From Octopus vulgaris (lineage: Eukaryota): DNA of 64,000 nucleotides. This document shows, piece after piece, positions 39,143 to 50,833 of the stretch (its first letter is position 1; every line of letters starts with the position of its first letter). The translations under genes were made by a program, and so were the position numbers. The notes beneath the pieces were generated by a model, which did not search any database, had not been told where the DNA came from, and was given only the letters and a program-made list of their open reading frames with translations. The DNA is taken from assembly GCA_951406725.2 (NCBI GenBank), contig OX597839.1, forward strand, positions 36,084,001 to 36,148,000, written 5' to 3'.

Positions 39143-39549
39143 TACTCTTTTACTTGTTTCAGTCATTTGACTGCGGCCATGCTGGAGCACCGCCTTTAAT
39201 CGAGCAGCTCGACCCCGGGACTTATTCTTTTGTAAGCCCAGTACTTATTCTATCGGTCTCTTTTGCCGAACCGCTAAGTAACGGGGACATAAACACATCA
39301 GCAGTGGTTGTCAAGCAATGCTAAGGGGACAAACACAGACACACAAACACACACACGCATATATATATATATATATATATACATATATACGACGGGCTTC
39401 TTTCAGTTTCCGTCTACGAAATCCACTCACAAAGCTTTGGTCGGCCCGAGGCTATAGTAGAAGACACTTGCCCGAGATGCCACGCAGTGGGACTGAACCC
39501 GGAACCATGTGGTTGGTAAACAAGCTACTTACCACACAGCCACTCCTGC
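39143..39549 (-). mobile_element. SINE family A
   Basis: Full match to the family. Confidence 0.92.
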
Positions 39550-41605
39550 TGTGTATATATAAACATGAATGTATTTACGTCCATCTATATAAATATTCAA
39601 AAACTTATCTCAATCACGCACATTTTGATAGCTATTTAAACTATAAAACCAGTTAGAATCCACAAATATATTTCACTAGAATTTCAAGATTATATTTTAA
39701 TCCTGATATTTTCTTCGGTTGGACGTATTTCGTGCCAGCTCGTCATATTCAATCAGTGAATAGAACTATCAAACGCCATGCCTCTCTCCCTGTTTATATG
39801 TATGTGTGGTTGGATTCCATCTCTCCATTACTCTTAACATGTTACAGTGGATCCATTTAGTCATATCAACTTTTTTTTATGTATTTTGGAGCAAAAGCAA
39901 TTTGTCTTTGCGAAAATACAAACATTTGAGCCAAAACATCGTTCCAGACTTTTACTTGGCCCTCAAAAGGAACATGCCATAGTAGTAGTGGTGGTGGTGG
40001 TGGTGGTGGTATAGTGGTGTCTATAGTGGTAGTCATTCTTGGTTTTTCTACTTTTCTTTCTGTTGTTGTTACTGTTGCTGTTGATGTTGCTGTCCTTGTC
40101 GCTCCTGGGAGGCACGCACAGAACCTACACCATTGGGGGTCAGCCACATAAACGGGGAACGAACCCGTAATCATTTGATTGCAAAGTGGACGTCTTGATC
40201 ACACACAACCCTTGCCTTCTTTGTGCTTCAGAAAACAATCGCTGCTATTTCTAGCAGCTCAGAACTCGGTGGTTGGTCAGACTCGGGTTAAACCGTCAAT
40301 TTACTCATCAACATTATTCTGTTCTGTCTTTTACCTCCACCACCACCACCACCGCCACCACCTCTCCATCATCTCTCATTATTTCTTATCTCTTATCACT
40401 TCATTTCCTTTATCTCTCGGCCATCTTTCCCCACCAATATTTCTTCTTTCTTCATCTACGAAAATCTTTCATCATCTTCCAATCTTCTCATATTCTCTGT
40501 ACATCTGTTTCTTTATCTCCATGGCCCTCACTCTCATTCTCCTCTCTTTAATTTTGTCCCATTTCTCTTTCACTCACTCCATTCTATCTCTCTTACCCTC
40601 CCATTCCCTCATCTCTCTCTCTCTCACCTCTCTTCCTCTCACTTCCTTCTGTCTTCTGCCTTTCACCCACCCACTACCTTCTTTCACTCTCTCATTCTCT
40701 CTCTCTCTCTCTCACCCTCTTCTCTCCTTTATCACTCTCCCTTCTCCTTCTCCCTATCTCTCACTTCCTCCCCTCTCTTCCTCTCATACTATTCTTCCTC
40801 CTGCCTACCCCCCCTCTCTCTCTCTCCTGCCTTTCTGTCGCTCTGCTGGTTCTTTCTCACACACTTCTATCTCCTCTTCACTCTTTCATCAAATTTCTTT
40901 TCTTCATCCCACCCGCCCGCCCACCCACCCACTCACCTTCATTTTCTCATCATTTCGTCGACAAAGAGCCTCAAAGATTATTTTCAGGTGCGATATCTGA
41001 AAAACCAACAAGAACAACAACAAACAGAAAAATACTGATACTTCGGAGTACGCAGCACACACACACACACGTGCAAACAAGCTATACACATACACATACA
41101 CATCCACAGACATTTTCATACACACACATACACACACACGCGCGCGCTCCAACATGGAATCCTGATATTCAGCAGAACAGAGGGAAGAAGGCTGATCGAT
41201 ATTTTGTGTCAGTCGACCCACGTGACCTACTAAGTTACAAAAGACCTGAATATGCGGATACAGACACATGCATACAATCACACACACACACACACACACT
41301 CGTTCATATTACTGTGTGGCTAACTACTGTTTCGATTCCTAGTATATCTGATCTCAAGATGGTGGAAGCGGCGGCAGCGGTGGTGGTGGTGGTGGTGGTG
41401 GTGGTGGTGGTGGTGGTGGTGGTGGAGTGGTGGGAGGTTGTGATGATGGAGGTTGTAGTGGAAGGTGGTTTGATAGTTTAACCCAGCAGCTACAATCCTT
41501 AAACTGTGCCAAGTGTTTTATAAGTGGTGGAATGCAGCAGACAACGGAATCTCATCTTTGCGAAAGAGCTATATCAAAGACATATATATATATATATACA
41601 TTCAT

Positions 41606-41722
<117 letters not shown>

Positions 41723-41742
41723 TATATATACACATATATTAT

Positions 41743-41773
<31 letters not shown>

Positions 41774-41784
41774 GAGATTCAGAG

Positions 41785-41817
<33 letters not shown>

Positions 41818-41941
41818 TTCAGATGAATATGGTACTTAAGTTGAGGCACTAGAATTTATTTAGTACAGTATTATCCATACAATTTCAAAGTAAGGTGATT
41901 AAAATCAAAATAAGCAACAAACATATCCAGAGGTAATACAG

Positions 41942-42195
41942 GTAAGCCTAGTACTTATTATATCGGTCTCTCTTGCTGAACCGCTAACTTACGGGGACGT
42001 AAACACACCAGCATCGGTTGTCAAGCGATGTTGGGGGAAAACACAAACATATACACACACACACATACATATATAATATATATATATACATACATACATA
42101 TATACAACCGGCTTCTTTCAGTTTCCATCTACCAAATCCACTCAAGGCTTTGGTTAGCCTGAGGCTATAGTAGAAGACACTTGTCCAAGGTACCA
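41942..42195 (-). mobile_element. SINE family A, internal fragment
   Basis: Matches the family body; both ends are missing. Confidence 0.85.
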
Positions 42196-42494
42196 TCTTA
42201 CATGATGTAAGACCTGTCTTTGTCATATAAATTGTATATGGAGATTTTCGCAAAATACATTTCGGTGTTATTGTTTATTCCTAATCCTATCTTCGATATA
42301 TGCTTGATTTCGATAGTTATACTCACCGACTTTTCTGTCTTTGAAGTACTTCACCCCGACGAAAGATTTGGTGTTTAAAACGATCCTATATATATATATA
42401 TATATAAACCAGCTTAGAGAAGAAGAAGAAACCAAACGAATCGAATCGAATCGACGCGAAGGCGTTATATATATATATATATAATAGTGTAATA

Positions 42495-42553
<59 letters not shown>

Positions 42554-42612
42554 TATTTCTTTTTGTTTTCGTTCTTTTTCTTATCTCTTCACTGCCTTTT
42601 CTGATGCTTTTC

Positions 42613-42650
42613 TTTTTCTGAGAGAGGACTAGTGTCCGAAACGTCAAAGA
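42613..42650 (+). ncRNA. Divergent H1-related hammerhead-like motif with covarying stem II and GUC site
   Basis: ttttt-CTGAGAGA-ggac(tagt)gtcc-GAAA-cg-TC-aaaga, followed by cttt..gtgttaaactaatac, similar to the H1 tail. Confidence 0.6.
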
Positions 42651-43022
42651 CTTTTAATCTTTTTAAGTGTTAAACTAATACGACATTTCTTAAAACTTGT
42701 CTCTCCTGCGTTGCCCTCATTTATGCTTATTGTCAAATACACACACACACTCACATACACACTTGCACAGACACTTATATAAATATGTATATGTAAACTC
42801 ATTATTTATATTATAATTCATGATTTATATTATTTTATTTTTTCTCCAGTGCCAGTTCTGCTGCTGAAATAAGAAGTCGGCAAATTGAAGGATTGCAAGT
42901 TCAATACCACTTTAAACCAATCACTGAACTCTATATTGTTTCAGTTAAATTTATCCTGGAAAGAATAGGTGTCAATATTCTTTTAGAGCCCTTCCTCCCA
43001 AAGAACCCATTGTATATGTATA

Positions 43023-43419
43023 TATTTCTTTATTGCCCACAAGGGGCTAAACACAGAGGGGACAAACAAGGACAAAGGGATTAAGTCGATTACATCGACC
43101 CCAGTGTGTAACTGGTACTTAATTTATCGACCCCGAAAGGATGAAAGGCAAAGTCGACCTCGGCGGAATTTGAACTCAGAACGTAGCGGCAGACGAAACA
43201 CCTATTTCTTTACTACCCACAAGGGGCTAAACACAGAAGGGACAAACGGATTAAGTCGATTACATCAACCCCAGTGCGTAACTGGCACTCAATTTATCGA
43301 CCCCGAAAGAATGAAAGGCAAAGTCGACCTCGACGGAATTTGAACTCAGAACGTAACGACAGACGAAATACCGCTAAGCATTTCGCCCGGCGCGCTAACA
43401 TTTCTGCCAGCTCGCCGCC
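43023..43419 (-). mobile_element. SINE family B, head plus two tandem units
   Basis: Head ggcggcgagctggcagaa at the right end. The internal junction on the minus strand is aaagaaata|ggtgtttcgtctgcc. Confidence 0.9.
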
Positions 43420-43512
43420 TTAACCAACTTAGTCTTAAATATCCTGACTGACCTAAGTTACTTTCCCATTGTACCCGATAGTCAACATACCCATCGTACC
43501 TGATAGTAACAT

Positions 43513-43830
43513 ACCGGGCGTTGTGAGTGTTTATTGAGCGAAAACACCTAAAAGCTCCACGAGGTTCCGGCAGGGGATGGTGGTGATCCCTGTTGTACTC
43601 TTTCACCACAACTTTCTCTCACTCTTACTTCCTGTTTCTGTTGTACCTGTATTTCAAAGGGCCGGCCTTGTCACTCTCTGTGTCACGCTGAATATCCCCG
43701 AGAACTACGTTAAGGGTACACGTGTCTGTGGAGTGCTCAGCCACTTAGACGTTAATTTCACGAGCAGGCTGTTCCGTTGATTCGGATCAACCGGAACCCT
43801 CGTCGTCGTAACCGACGGAGTGCTTCCAAG
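43513..43830 (+). mobile_element. SINE family C, 5'-truncated
   Basis: Near-identical to 11740-12055 and flanked by agtaacatacc repeats. Confidence 0.9.
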
Positions 43831-44197
43831 AAAGTAACATACCCATCGTATAGTTTCACCAGACAGCTCCCAGCAGTGAATTTCTCTTGGAGTCCCTTTG
43901 TTATTTAGCTGAAAGCCTTTTAGTCAGAAACCAAAGTAGCTAAAGCTATCAGTTTCGACAAACCATTAGAAGCCTCTGTATTTTCAATCAGTCACTTTTT
44001 TTCACTTGATTGAATAAAACTCTTGAAGATTGGGAGCCAACATGATGACAGTTCAAAGATTGAAAACAGCAAAAAGAAAATTTTTCATGTCTGTGTGTGT
44101 GTAAGTAATTGTGCATGTGAGTGAGTATGTGTGTGTGAGTGAGTGAGAGAGAGAGAGTGTGTGTGTGTGTGCGTGTTTGTGTGGTTGTGTACCAGAC

Positions 44198-44478
44198 AAT
44201 ATCATCATCATCATTGTTCGACCGTGGTCGAGACAATGGAATTTACTATGTTACGCCAGACTTCACGGTCCATCATAGCATTACAGAGGTCCTGTTGCTG
44301 GATGCCTGTATCCCTGGAGATGACATCAGGGTAGGAGAGTGTGCGCCCTCTGGTATTGCGAGTAGATGACTTCCAGAGGAGAAGAGTAGAAATTTCCTAT
44401 TTTTCAGCTCTACAACAATGTCCAGCAAACTGGACTCTCCTACCTTTCACAAGAGATGACACAGGTGGTAGTTTCCCA
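44198..44478 (-). pseudogene. RTE-group LINE 3' end (ORF C-terminus + (TGA)n tail)
   Basis: Minus strand GKLPPVSSLVKGRRVQFAGHCCRAEK*EISTLLLWKSSTRNTRGRTLSYPDVISRDTG...AMMDREVWR, then tgatgatgat. Confidence 0.85.
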
Positions 44479-44494
44479 AGACAATAAGCCTGTC

Positions 44495-44937
44495 TTTAAA
44501 ATATTGTGCATTGAGAATTCGTCCCCCCCCCCTCAGGGCAGTGCTTTTCAAACTTTTTGCTAGAGCGGAACCCCAAGGAAACATTTCACTGGCTCGAGGA
44601 ACCCCTAGGCAATAATTTAATTGTCTTATGCACACATATCTGCACAGGAGAATTAAAAATTACTGCCGATTTTAGCAGTTTTGTAACTTCTTGCGGAACC
44701 CCTGGACTTTACTGGCGGAACCCTGGTTGAAAACCACTGCCCCAGGGTCAGACAGTCAATGGAGAGTTCTGCTGCGACCGTTTGAAGTGTTTGAGGGAGG
44801 ATATTCGGCGAAAGCAACCAGATATGTGGGGTGTAAAGAAATGGATTCTTCACAATGACGATGCATCCTGTGACCGAGATCTCTTCATTCGTGAGTTTCT
44901 CGCCAGAAACAACATGGTATCACTTCCACACCCACTT
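44495..44937 (+). pseudogene. mariner transposase fragment interrupted by a hAT MITE
   Basis: IVH*EFVPP | GQTVNGEFCCDRLKCLREDIRRKQPDMWGVKKWILHNDDA..FIREFLARNNMVSLPHP, the mariner catalytic region around the HDNA motif. Confidence 0.85.
44539..44739. mobile_element. hAT MITE (same family as 36693-36896)
   Basis: Same TIRs and body, with TSD cctcaggg/ccccaggg. Confidence 0.92.
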
Positions 44938-45499
44938 ATAACCAAACCCCAAAATTTCTAAACAGTAATTTAACATACCTAGATTAGAAAAACAAAAACC
45001 AAAACGAACACTCCTTACAATTCCAAGTTCAACTGTAAACTCGAGATCATTTCAAACGTTCTCAAAACGTCACCATGTTTACTTAAGCAACGGTTAAAGC
45101 ATTTCGCCAACCTTTTACTATTCTTTGTTTGTCCATCGGCGCCTTTAACAGATTAATGCTCTCCAAAATCATTCCAACTTTATAATTCTGTCACATCTAC
45201 TGACTTGACTGGAAAACGCGTTAAAACTCACCCAAAGAGGAATTCCACTATCCTCCTAAAGCAACGATGCAATGCGGAAATTAAAGCTATCAGTTTTATT
45301 ATAAATACTCGTCTCGAGCTTACCCTCCTCAGTAACTATTCTCACATCTATTTTACGCAGTCAGCATTTCTATTTGCCTCGAGATTCACTGGATATATTT
45401 TCTCAGCAAATCTTCAAAATACCCATAAGTTAGAAACAGAAATATCGATATATCTGAAGCATCCACTGATTCGTTTGACCAAACCTATCTTTATATATA

Positions 45500-45712
45500 T
45501 ACTCTCTTTTACTTGTTTCAGTCATTTGACTGCGGCCATGCTGGAGCACCGCCTTTAGTCGAGCAAATCGACCCCGGGACTTATTCTTTGTAAGCCCAGT
45601 ACTTATTCTATGGGTCTCTTTTGCCGAACCGCTAAGTGACGGGGGCGTAAACACACCAGCATCGGTTGTCAAGCAATGCTAGGGGGACAAACACAGACAC
45701 ACAAACAGACAC

Positions 45713-45743
<31 letters not shown>

Positions 45744-45914
45744 CATATATACGACAGGCTTCTTTCAGTTTCCGTCTACCAAATCCACTCACAAGGCATT
45801 GGTCGGCCTGGGGCTATAGCAGAAGACACTTGCCCAAGATACCACGTAGTGGGACTGAACCTGGAACCATGTGGTTGGTTAGCAAGCTACTTACCACACA
45901 GCCACTCCTGCGCC
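45500..45914 (-). mobile_element. SINE family A
   Basis: Full match to the family. Confidence 0.92.
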
Positions 45915-45999
45915 TATATATATATATTACGGCATGATGTTCCTTTAAACCATTTCCAATACTTGTGGATTTGTATCTCCATGCCCCACTCTCCCTCAC

Positions 46000-46180
46000 A
46001 TATATATATATATTAAATAAAATCCGTTCTGTCTGTATGTGTGTCTTCTAGGATCTCGGGCATCCTCCATCCGACTGCGCTCAAATTTGATATGTAGATA
46101 CTGACGGTATCAGGGCGGGTATAAGTCTTGAAAAAATTACAAAAAATCGATCCCAGGTGAGAATGCGATCGATAAAGTGA
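46000..46180 (+). mobile_element. Possible non-autonomous Helitron-like 5' end
   Basis: (TA)n-aaataaaat..ctgtctgtatgtgtgtc..atccgactgcgctcaaatttgatatgtagata resembles invertebrate non-autonomous Helitron 5' regions. No 3' hairpin or CTRR end was found. Confidence 0.35.
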
Positions 46181-46375
46181 ATAAAATCGTTTTTCTTTGA
46201 AATAGAAAAAAAGTCTATCTTTATTTCTTCTTCTGCTGGTGTCTCAAATTTAGGTTAAATCAGTGTTTCTCAAAGGGGAGGCCTATGGGACGGTCGGACA
46301 AGTTGTTTTGAGAAAATTTGGTTTAAATGTTTGACAACTCAGCGCCGTCCATCGGACGGGGTGGGGTGTTTTGCT

Positions 46376-46417
<42 letters not shown>

Positions 46418-47650
46418 GTAAGTATACTTATATATAATGTGTGTGTTGTGGGTATGCATTATGGTGTTTAGGAGTAAGATGAAAACAAACCGGAATATTG
46501 CCCACACAGTTATTCTCCAATTTATGAAAGAAATATTTTCAAATAACGAGGAGAGAAAAAAACCCATAAATTAATAACAATAATGACAATATCTGCAGAA
46601 GAAAATACCGTTCTATTCAGGTAATTAGAGATACAATATTTAGAGAATAGAGACCGAATGAATCTCGCCTGAAGAAAACATTGAACGGTGGTATTATGAA
46701 AGGTTCCTTTTGAAGAAATAGTCCGGCGGAACCCGCCTACGATATATGGTCTTAGTTCCCATGAATGACTAATATTTTCAATAAAGGAAGTCAGTAAAGA
46801 TAACGGAAGCTTCTCTCTTTCTCCTTCTTCTTCAATATTTCTCCTTCTCCAGTGAAGATTACTGAAATATTTATGAAAGATTCGGAAAGAAAAAAAAAAG
46901 GAAAAAAAACTTACTGAAGAAAGAAAACGAATAGGACCCCCACCCCGCAAAAAAGGGTGAAAAAAAAAGAAAAAAAGCTCAGGTTTTTTTTTATATTATC
47001 ATTTTCATTTCTTTTCTTTTCTTATTTTTGTTTTGATTTACTGCAGCTTTTTCTTATCAACCAAGTCATGAATATAGATACGACGACACAGCTGAAGACA
47101 CACAGACACACACATGCGCGCGCACGTACACACACACACAACGCGCGCGTGCGCACGTACACACACACACAACGCGCGCGTGCGCAGCGTATTGTATTCC
47201 GTTTCAGGCACAAAGAATGGAATTTGTTCAGCTCAGGATTCCTCATATCGTATCATTTCTTTTGTTTTGCTGTACCACTGAATCCAACAATATTGATTCC
47301 ACCGTTGGATAGTAAGCTACACATCTCTCACAACAACAACAGCAGCAGCAGAGCAGTAGTAGTAGTAGTGGTAGTGTTTCAATGATTTAATGATTTCCAA
47401 CTTAGCCACGGAGGCAGAAATGACGGAAGAGGCTGTGCAGACGATTTAACGATTTAATATCAACCTTTAATATTACACTTCAGAGATACTTCTTTTCATC
47501 GAACCATGGAGTTAATAAACGGGGAAAGTCAGCCCTAACGAAATTGGAACTTTAGAAAGTGAAGTGGGTGTGTGACTAAGAAAGCGTGCTTCTCAAACCA
47601 CTTGGTCTTGTGTTCAATACTGCTGCGCGGCACCCTGAACAAGTGTCTAC

Positions 47651-47965
47651 TATTGGGTTGTCCGGAAAGTTCGTGCCGGATTTTTAAAGGAAAGAAAAAG
47701 GTCAATAAATACTTGCCATTACATTTTTAATCAACCAAATATGAACCATTTTGTTGCACAATGCGTCTCCATCTTTCCTTTAACTTGAAAATACCCTCTT
47801 CCCAGAATTCGAGGTGGTTTCATGGCAAATAATTCATCAAGGTATCTTTTTACGTCATCCAAGGAATCGAAATTTTTACCATTAAGACTATTCTGCAGAG
47901 ACCCGAATACGTGGAAATCCGAAGGAGCAATATCTGGTGAATATGGAGGGTGGGGTAACATCCCC
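47651..47965 (-). pseudogene. mariner element 3' end (YSPD motif + TIR) inserted at TA in a SINE A head
   Basis: LPHPPYSPDIAPSDFHVFGSLQNSLNGKNF, then after a frameshift WEEGIFKLKERWRRIVQQNGSY. The terminus ta|ttgggttgtccggaaagttcgtgccg abuts the SINE A head at 47564-47650. Confidence 0.9.
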
Positions 47966-48589
47966 TATCTCATCTTCTGTTGACTTAATTCCCCACTTTT
48001 TTTTTTCATTTTTCTGTGATTCCTTATAATTAAATTGTGATTCAGTCTTTACTTAAATAAAACTAATGTTGCAACAAAAATGAAAACAATTTTAACATTT
48101 CATAAAATGGTTCGATAGAAGTAAAATTATATGGCTAGATAGAACGTAGTGGTGTTAGGACAGTGGCACAGTAAGAGTACATACCACTCGGATCATACTT
48201 CCCGAATCAACCCTTGAGTTCCCCCCGACCCATCCTGGACCGCCAAGCCTTTACAAACTTATACAGCCGACCCAGAAGCGCTGTCCCAATAAAAGTGTCG
48301 CTTGGGATGGGGCGGCCCCCCTCGCCCTCTTTCATACCTTCTCTACTGTGTTAGAATCCCCGAGCTGGGAATTAAATTTAAGATAAAATACTTCCCAAAG
48401 TCTGCTGCGTTAAGTGGGAGGAGCCAGAATAAGGTAAACGGGTGTGAGGAACCTGGTGTCAGTAAGTGCCAACAGAATTGCTTCCAAATGAACCGGAATT
48501 CGAAATTATTAGGTGTAATTCTCTCATGAAAGAAACAATCTCCGGTATGAGGCACTTAAATTGGGAAAGGGAAACGTGGTTGCTATTGT

Positions 48590-48622
<33 letters not shown>

Positions 48623-48801
48623 TGATGATGATGATGATGAGACTGTGGTGGCGATGACGATGATGGTGAGGATCCTGTGGCTGCTGCTGGTGCTACTACT
48701 GCTGCTGCTGATAATGATGGCGATTGCGACAACAGCAATCGACGATGAAAATGTGCCACATTTAAATAGTTCTATGGAGAATAGTTCTATGGAGAATACA
48801 T

Positions 48802-49143
48802 GAAGGCGTATGGCTCAGTGGTTAGAGCGTCGAGCTTACGATCGTGAGGTTGTGAGGTCGAATCCCGGACCGGGCTGCGTGTTGTGTTCTTGAGCAAGAC
48901 ACTTTATTTCACGTTGCTCCAGTTTCACTCAGCTGTAGAAATGAGTTGCGACGTCACAGGTGCCAAGCTGTATCGGCCCCTTTTGCTTTTCCCTTGGATA
49001 ACATCGGTGGCGTGGAGAGGGAAGGCTGGTATGCATGGGCGACTGCTGGTCTTCCATAAACAACCTTGCCCGAACTTGTGCCTGGGAGGGTAACTTTCTA
49101 GGTGCAATCCCATGGTCAGTGTCGTGACCGAAGGGGGTCCCAG
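48802..49143 (+). mobile_element. tRNA-derived CORE-SINE family E
   Basis: A box tggctcagtgg, B box ggtcgaatccc, CORE-like gtgttcttgagcaagacacttt..cactcagctgtagaaatg, flanked by atggagaata repeats. A related fragment is at ~22380-22460 (-). Confidence 0.85.
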
Positions 49144-49604
49144 ATGGAGAATATTGAAACAATTGCTTTAATTGGTCTCAGTCGTTGAACTGCGGCCATT
49201 GAAAGGTTTTAGTCGAACAAATCTACCCCCCGCCCCACCCCACCGCCAGTACTTACTTTTCACATCTGGCACTGATTCTGTCAGTCTCTTTTGCTGAACC
49301 GCTCCAGCATGGCCACAGTCAAATGACTGAAACAAGTAAAGGAGTGATAATAAATTCGTTATACTTCTACAATACTCAAGATATTTTGATGCAGTTCCTA
49401 ATCGTATTTAATCACAAAAATATGTGCGGGCATTATTGTGTGGTTAGAAGCTTGCTTTTCAAGCATATGGTTCTGGGTTCAGTCCCACTGCATGACACCT
49501 TGGTTGGGCGAGTGTCTTTTACTACAACCTCGGGCCAACCAAAGCCTTGTGAGTGGGTTTGGTAAATGGAAACTGAAATATGCCCGTCGTGTACACACAC
49601 ACAC

Positions 49605-49667
<63 letters not shown>

Positions 49668-49689
49668 ACACAAATATATATATATAAAA

Positions 49690-50286
49690 GGCGGCGAGCT
49701 GGCAGAACCGTTAGCCCGCCGGGCGAAATGCTTATCGGTATTTCGTCTGCCGCTACGTTCTGAGTTCAAATTCCGCCGAGGTCGACTTTGCCTTTCATCC
49801 TTTCGGGGTCGATTAAATAAGTACCAGTTACGTACTGGGGTCGATATAATCGACTTAATCTGTTTGTCTGTCATTGTTTGTCCCCTCTGTGTTTAGCCCC
49901 TTGTGGATAGTAAAGAAATAGGTATTTCGTCTGCCGCTACGTTCTGAGTTCAAATTCCGCCGAGGTCGACTTTGCCTTTCATCCTTTCGGGGTCGATTAA
50001 ATAAGTACCAGTTACGTACTGGGGTCGATATAATCGACTTAATCTGTTTGTCTGTCATTGTTTGTCCCCTCTGTGTTTAGCCCCTTGTGGATAATAAAGA
50101 AATAGGTATTTCGTCTGCCGCTACGTTCTGAGTTCAAATTCCGCCGAGGTCGACTTTGCCTTTCATCCTTTCGGGGTCGATTAAATAAGTACCAGTTACG
50201 TACTGGGGTCGATATAATCGACTTAATCTGTTTGTCTGTCATTGTTTGTCCCCTCTGTGTTTAGCCCCTTGTGGGCAATAAAGAAA
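49690..50286 (+). mobile_element. SINE family B, head plus three near-identical 184-bp tandem units
   Basis: ggtatttcgtctgccgctac recurs at 49737, 49921 and 50105. Confidence 0.93.
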
Positions 50287-50580
50287 GATATATATAAATG
50301 TAAGATCCAGGGATCAAGGTGTAGAAAGAAATTTAGCTTCAAGCAATCCGTGGTAAATATAAAAAAACAACTTTCAGTGACAACAGAAGTTTATTGAGTC
50401 GGAAGGACGTGGATTTTTTTTTCGTATCGAAATACGATAAATTGAAAAAATTTCTTTTTAGATTTCCCGATAGACGACCTGGGTTGCCAGGTGTGCGAAT
50501 AAGAATACAATAGTTACGAAACATATGTAGCCCAGATCTTATCCACTCCATTTAATAACTATTGTGTGTGTGTGTTTGTG

Positions 50581-50833
50581 GGTACTATTTAAGAAGAGTG
50601 GTCCCGGTGCGCGCACTCGCGCTAGCTAGTCGTGAATAGTCGATCCTTACTTTGTGTTTTTGTGTTTTATTTACTTTGTTTAACAAAAATTATCTACTTC
50701 GTGTAAAAAAATTATTTTGTGTTTTATTTACTTTGCTAGGTAGTCGTTGTAGGATCGACTAGTCACGACTAGCTAGTGCGGATGTGCGAGTATGCGAGTG
50801 CGCGCACCGGGACCACTCGTCTTAAGTAGTGCC
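50581..50833. mobile_element. MITE with GG..CC termini and 9-bp TSD (Merlin- or Mutator-type)
   Basis: TIR gg(t/c)acta(t/c)ttaaga(a/c)gagtggtcccggtgcgcgcactcgc, extending imperfectly to ~70 bp. TSD gtgtttgtg at 50572-50580 / 50834-50842. Confidence 0.85.

Noticed and set aside
40179-41000. 273-aa Ser/Leu-rich ORF
   Set aside because: It is a CT-rich low-complexity tract that lacks stop codons by composition.
48802-48875. tRNA-like sequences (also 11672 onward and the SINE A/B heads)
   Set aside because: They continue into SINE bodies with TSDs and lack intact cloverleafs, so they are SINE heads rather than tRNA genes.
49737-50286. Regular repeat array as a possible CRISPR-like locus
   Set aside because: The units are identical with no unique spacers, the context is a eukaryotic SINE, and there are no cas genes.
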